In this document: positions 53,458 through 55,939 of the stretch, in pieces | Numbering within the stretch: the stretch's first letter is position 1 | How the letters are laid out: every line of letters begins with the position of its first letter | Assembly: GCA_020439875.1 (NCBI GenBank) | Contig: JAGRPD010000009.1 | Location: 1-55,939, forward strand | Direction: 5' to 3' | Length of the DNA: 55,939 bases | DNA from: Verrucomicrobiales bacterium | GTDB taxonomy: Bacteria > Verrucomicrobiota > Verrucomicrobiia > Verrucomicrobiales > Verrucomicrobiaceae | Made by a program: the position numbers and the translations under genes | The notes under the pieces: model-generated | Seen by the model: only the letters and a program-made list of their open reading frames with translations | Told to the model about the DNA's origin: nothing | The model's database searches: none

Positions 53458-53637
53458 AATTGATAATTACTAATATTTCAACAATATCAAATATTTGTCA
53501 CGAAAGCAAGTCAGCTCCTCGACAAAATTCCTTTGCCCAGGAGCTGATGAAAAAAAGATGTCCAACCTGACTCGTCCCTGGTCCCGCGATGGAAGAAGTC
53601 TCCTCCTCGCCGCCGCGATCTGGACGCAGCGGTTTCA

Positions 53638-54837
53638 TCAGAAGGTAGCGCTCATGCCCACCGTGACGCGGTTCCGGTCAAACTCCCGGAGTTCGTTGGA
53701 GGATTTCAAGATCGTGTAACCGTAACCGGCGTTCACGCTGAAATTTTCCCACAGCAGGTAGTTCACCCCGGCGGAGACCATCACGCTGTTTTCCGTGACT
53801 TCATCCACCAGCGCATTGCCACCAAACTTGCTGTACACATAGGAGAGACCTCCGTTTAATGTCAGGCGGCGATCCACCGCGTGCTGCGCATTGATCCCCG
53901 TGCGGAAGGAGTAGCGGTCGCTGTAGCTCTGCAACTCCGTGCCGTCGTAGCCCAGCATGCTGAACCATGACACCGTGGTCTTGCGGTCGGCTTGGTAATT
54001 GAGCGCGAATTCGGCGTAGGGTGACACTTTGCTGGTGCGGCCCGACTTGTAAAACTCAGCTCCAGCCCGTGCTGAAGACGTGGTGCGCTGGCTCCAGGCG
54101 TGGTTGATGCCCGCCAGCACGAAGTGGGAGTGAGAATCCACATCATTGCGGTGCATGTAGTCCACCGCACGGTAGCGATACTCAGCCACCAGCGCCGTCT
54201 TCTGGTTCATCTGATAGGCAAACTGCTGCGCGATGAGGTGCGACAGTCGATCCTCCGATGCCGACACGAAATCCTGCTGGTAGCGAATCGTATCGACCGT
54301 GTAAGAGGTTGTGCTGGAGAAGCGCCGCGACCAAGCGTAGCTCAGATTGAAATTATTGTAACCATAGAAATACTGACCATTCCACAGTGTCGTCGAAGCA
54401 CCCATGGCGTAGTTGGGCTCCGCCTCATAGGTTCCATAAAAGTTGTTGCTGAATTTCAACCGCTCCGACACCTGGTGGGCGATGTTGAATGCCACCCGAG
54501 CACTGTAATAAGTGTCCCGAGCCCGCGGTGCCTCGTCCAGGTAGTTCAACACCCCGCCATTCACCGCCAAGCTCCAGGGCGTGACGCGGTCGTTGTCCGA
54601 GTAGGTCGCCCCGATGCCGCCCTGAATGAAGTAGGAATCGATGTTCGGATAGGCGGGGTTTTCCAGGTTGTAGTTCAGCGAGTCATAGCCCCCGCTGACA
54701 CCGATCGTCCAATTCAACGGCTCATCCCGGTCGAAGTGGGCCGATTGCTGCATCGCCAGCAATCCCTGACCCATCGCCGGAACCGCCCCCAACGCGAGGG
54801 TCAATGCCGCGTAAAGTAATGTTGACTTCGAACTCAT
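53638..54837 (-). CDS. Outer-membrane beta-barrel protein of the EPS locus
   Basis: Track ORF trimmed to MSSKSTLLYAALTLALGAVPAMGQ (cat at 54835-54837), giving 399 aa. Alternating-hydrophobicity strands rich in Y/G/N and a terminal ...VTVGMSATF (C-terminal Phe). Confidence 0.75.
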   Translation of the reverse strand: MSSKSTLLYAALTLALGAVPAMGQGLLAMQQSAHFDRDEPLNWTIGVSGGYDSLNYNLENPAYPNIDSYFIQGGIGATYSDNDRVTPWSLAVNGGVLNYLDEAPRARDTYYSARVAFNIAHQVSERLKFSNNFYGTYEAEPNYAMGASTTLWNGQYFYGYNNFNLSYAWSRRFSSTTSYTVDTIRYQQDFVSASEDRLSHLIAQQFAYQMNQKTALVAEYRYRAVDYMHRNDVDSHSHFVLAGINHAWSQRTTSSARAGAEFYKSGRTSKVSPYAEFALNYQADRKTTVSWFSMLGYDGTELQSYSDRYSFRTGINAQHAVDRRLTLNGGLSYVYSKFGGNALVDEVTENSVMVSAGVNYLLWENFSVNAGYGYTILKSSNELREFDRNRVTVGMSATF

Positions 54838-54920
54838 GCGTGGTGGAACCGTAAAAGGTGGATTGGATCTAGGGCGACCAAGCCGTGGCAGCGACCGGTT
54901 CAAAAAACTGAACGCTCAAC

Positions 54921-55520
54921 TCAATGGGCTGCGTAGGAGGGGGAGACGGGATGACGCTTGCGGCGCTTGTGCTCGGGCTTGTCCTCTTTCTCCTCGGTAG
55001 GCACCTGCTGGGTGATGTAACCCACCCCACCGGGTGCCATCAAATAGACGCCGCGAATGTTCGACGGGATGGCGTACTCGGAACTCGTGTCTGACTTCTT
55101 CTGCGGCGGCAAGACCTCAGCAGGAGCCTTCATGGGCACCACGGACTTGCCATCTTTGCCGGACTTGCCCGAGGCCACGACGGCTTTGGGAATGCCATTT
55201 TGATCCATGCCCGCACACTCCGTGATCACAGGAGCCATCTTCGGAGCCACCGCGATCGCCGTCTGCACGATTTGCTGCACCAGGGTCTCATCGGCATCGG
55301 CAGCCTGGATGGCCGCGCGCACGATGTCGCAGGCGCAGGACTCATTCACCACCAAGGCATCCTCGACGATCATGAGGGTCTTGGACTTGTCTTTGGCGAT
55401 GGCAGCTTGGACGTCCGCCGCAAGTTCATCGCAGCGGGGCGCGGCCTGCGCTGAAGACGTAGCCATCAGGGCCGCAAGAGCGGTCGCAGCCACGGAGGAA
55501 GGAAGGTTCAGAGAGCGCAT
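54921..55520 (-). CDS. Hypothetical secreted protein (199 aa), first gene of the EPS-export cluster
   Basis: Trimmed to MRSLNLPSSVAATALAALMATSSAQA (cat at 55518-55520), because the track extension runs into tRNA-Gly. Helical Ala-rich N-terminal half with 4 Cys and a basic tail KPEHKRRKRH. No family recognised. Confidence 0.6.
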   Translation of the reverse strand: MRSLNLPSSVAATALAALMATSSAQAAPRCDELAADVQAAIAKDKSKTLMIVEDALVVNESCACDIVRAAIQAADADETLVQQIVQTAIAVAPKMAPVITECAGMDQNGIPKAVVASGKSGKDGKSVVPMKAPAEVLPPQKKSDTSSEYAIPSNIRGVYLMAPGGVGYITQQVPTEEKEDKPEHKRRKRHPVSPSYAAH

Positions 55521-55521
55521 G

Positions 55522-55649
55522 TTCAGGAATTTTGTTTGTGTTCTGGAGCGGGTAGTGGGAATCGAACCCACGTAGCCAACTTGGAAGGATGGAGCTTTAC
55601 CACTAAGCTATACCCGCTTACACAAACAATATCAACAAAAATTCCTGAA
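55522..55649. repeat. Inverted repeat bracketing tRNA-Gly
   Basis: Left arm TTCAGGAATTTTGTTTGTG (55522-55540). The right arm, reverse-complemented (55621-55649), reads TTCAGGAATTTTtgttgatattGTTTGTG. That gives 12 + 7 perfectly matching nt with a 10-nt insertion. Confidence 0.7.
55544..55617 (-). tRNA. tRNA-Gly (anticodon UCC)
   Basis: Reverse complement: GCGGGTA TA GCTT AGTGGTA AAGC T CCATC CTTCCAA GTTGG CTAC GTGGG TTCGATT CCCAC TACCCGC TCCA (74 nt, CCA encoded, U73 discriminator). One T-T mismatch in the anticodon stem. Confidence 0.9.
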
Positions 55650-55655
55650 TGACAA
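55626..55655 (-). promoter_or_regulatory. Sigma-70-like promoter candidate for tRNA-Gly (and possibly the downstream EPS cluster)
   Basis: The minus strand reads TTGTCA (55650-55655), 18-nt spacer, TATTGT (55626-55631), 8 nt before the mature tRNA 5-prime end. AT-rich context. Confidence 0.35.
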
Positions 55656-55873
55656 GATATTTTTTATATTTGGAAGAATTATTCTAAAAACCAGAAAATC
55701 AACTCGGGTCGATGTTTCGCAGTCAAGAAGCACTCTCCGTAGCAGACTTCCCCTATAGAGTGAACCTCCGCCTTTCGCAAGTCTCAGATGCGATTCCAAA
55801 CAAAGTTTTCTCGACGGATGGCTCAAAATGAGCCGCTGACACGGCCCTGACACCCCGAGTCGGGTACCACCCC

Positions 55874-55939
55874 TCACCTCGCCTCCGCCATCGTCCTCAT
55901 CGCGATGCCGCGTCCCGCCAAATACTGCTTCACATCATC
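55874..55939 (-). CDS. 3-prime end of an unidentified gene running off the window
   Basis: The minus-strand frame reads ...DDVKQYLAGRGIAMRTMAEAR then TGA (tca at 55874-55876). Only 21 codons are visible, so the product cannot be assigned. Confidence 0.3.
   Translation of the reverse strand, partial: DDVKQYLAGRGIAMRTMAEAR

Noticed and set aside
55632-55877. 81-aa minus-strand ORF next to tRNA-Gly
   Set aside because: Leu/Arg/Ser-rich composition, spans the AT-rich promoter tract, and has no start context or motif.

Overview
High-GC (about 60% by eye) bacterial chromosomal window. The gene content fits the PVC superphylum, probably Verrucomicrobiota-like. That placement is my inference from a PEP-CTERM sorting signal, a PVC-type CxxCH heme-binding giant protein, a Cys-type sulfatase with an FGE-like gene, and giant repeat proteins. 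All family names come from motifs read by eye in the supplied translations. No database was searched, and Pfam/TIGRFAM accessions are from memory. I call about 25 protein genes, 2 tRNAs (Met-CAU, Gly-UCC), a 3-copy interspersed palindromic repeat and a few promoter-like sites. Left part (1-9.6 kb): an SDR-FAH-sulfatase operon, a MarC-family membrane protein, an M60-like (TCAF-like) peptidase, an FAD oxidoreductase, tRNA-Met, an SMP-30-type lactonase and an HNH endonuclease. Centre (9764-41086, 56% of the window): a minus-strand five-gene operon of a 253-aa PEP-CTERM protein, a 218-aa membrane-anchored helical protein, and three escalating giant secreted proteins (727, about 3118 and about 6089 aa). 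The giants are built from GEVED-motif modules (14 in total), Cys-bracketed Ig-like repeats of about 88 aa (about 44 in total), SdrD-B-like repeats, a beta-propeller insert and a unique C-terminal region of about 600 aa. This operon is the most interesting candidate system. Right part: DUF4282, a 1550-aa PVC-type heme-binding protein with an FGE-like gene, tsaD, a Gfo/Idh/MocA-like protein, an orphan ECF sigma factor, and a PEP-CTERM-type EPS export cluster (Wza-like, Wzc-like tyrosine autokinase, beta-barrel OMP, secreted hypothetical) that starts directly behind tRNA-Gly. No CRISPR, transposase, integrase, reverse transcriptase or recognisable defence or toxin genes were seen. Many long ORFs in the track are GC-driven antisense or off-frame shadows, and several track ORFs carry false N-terminal extensions that I trimmed to verified start codons.
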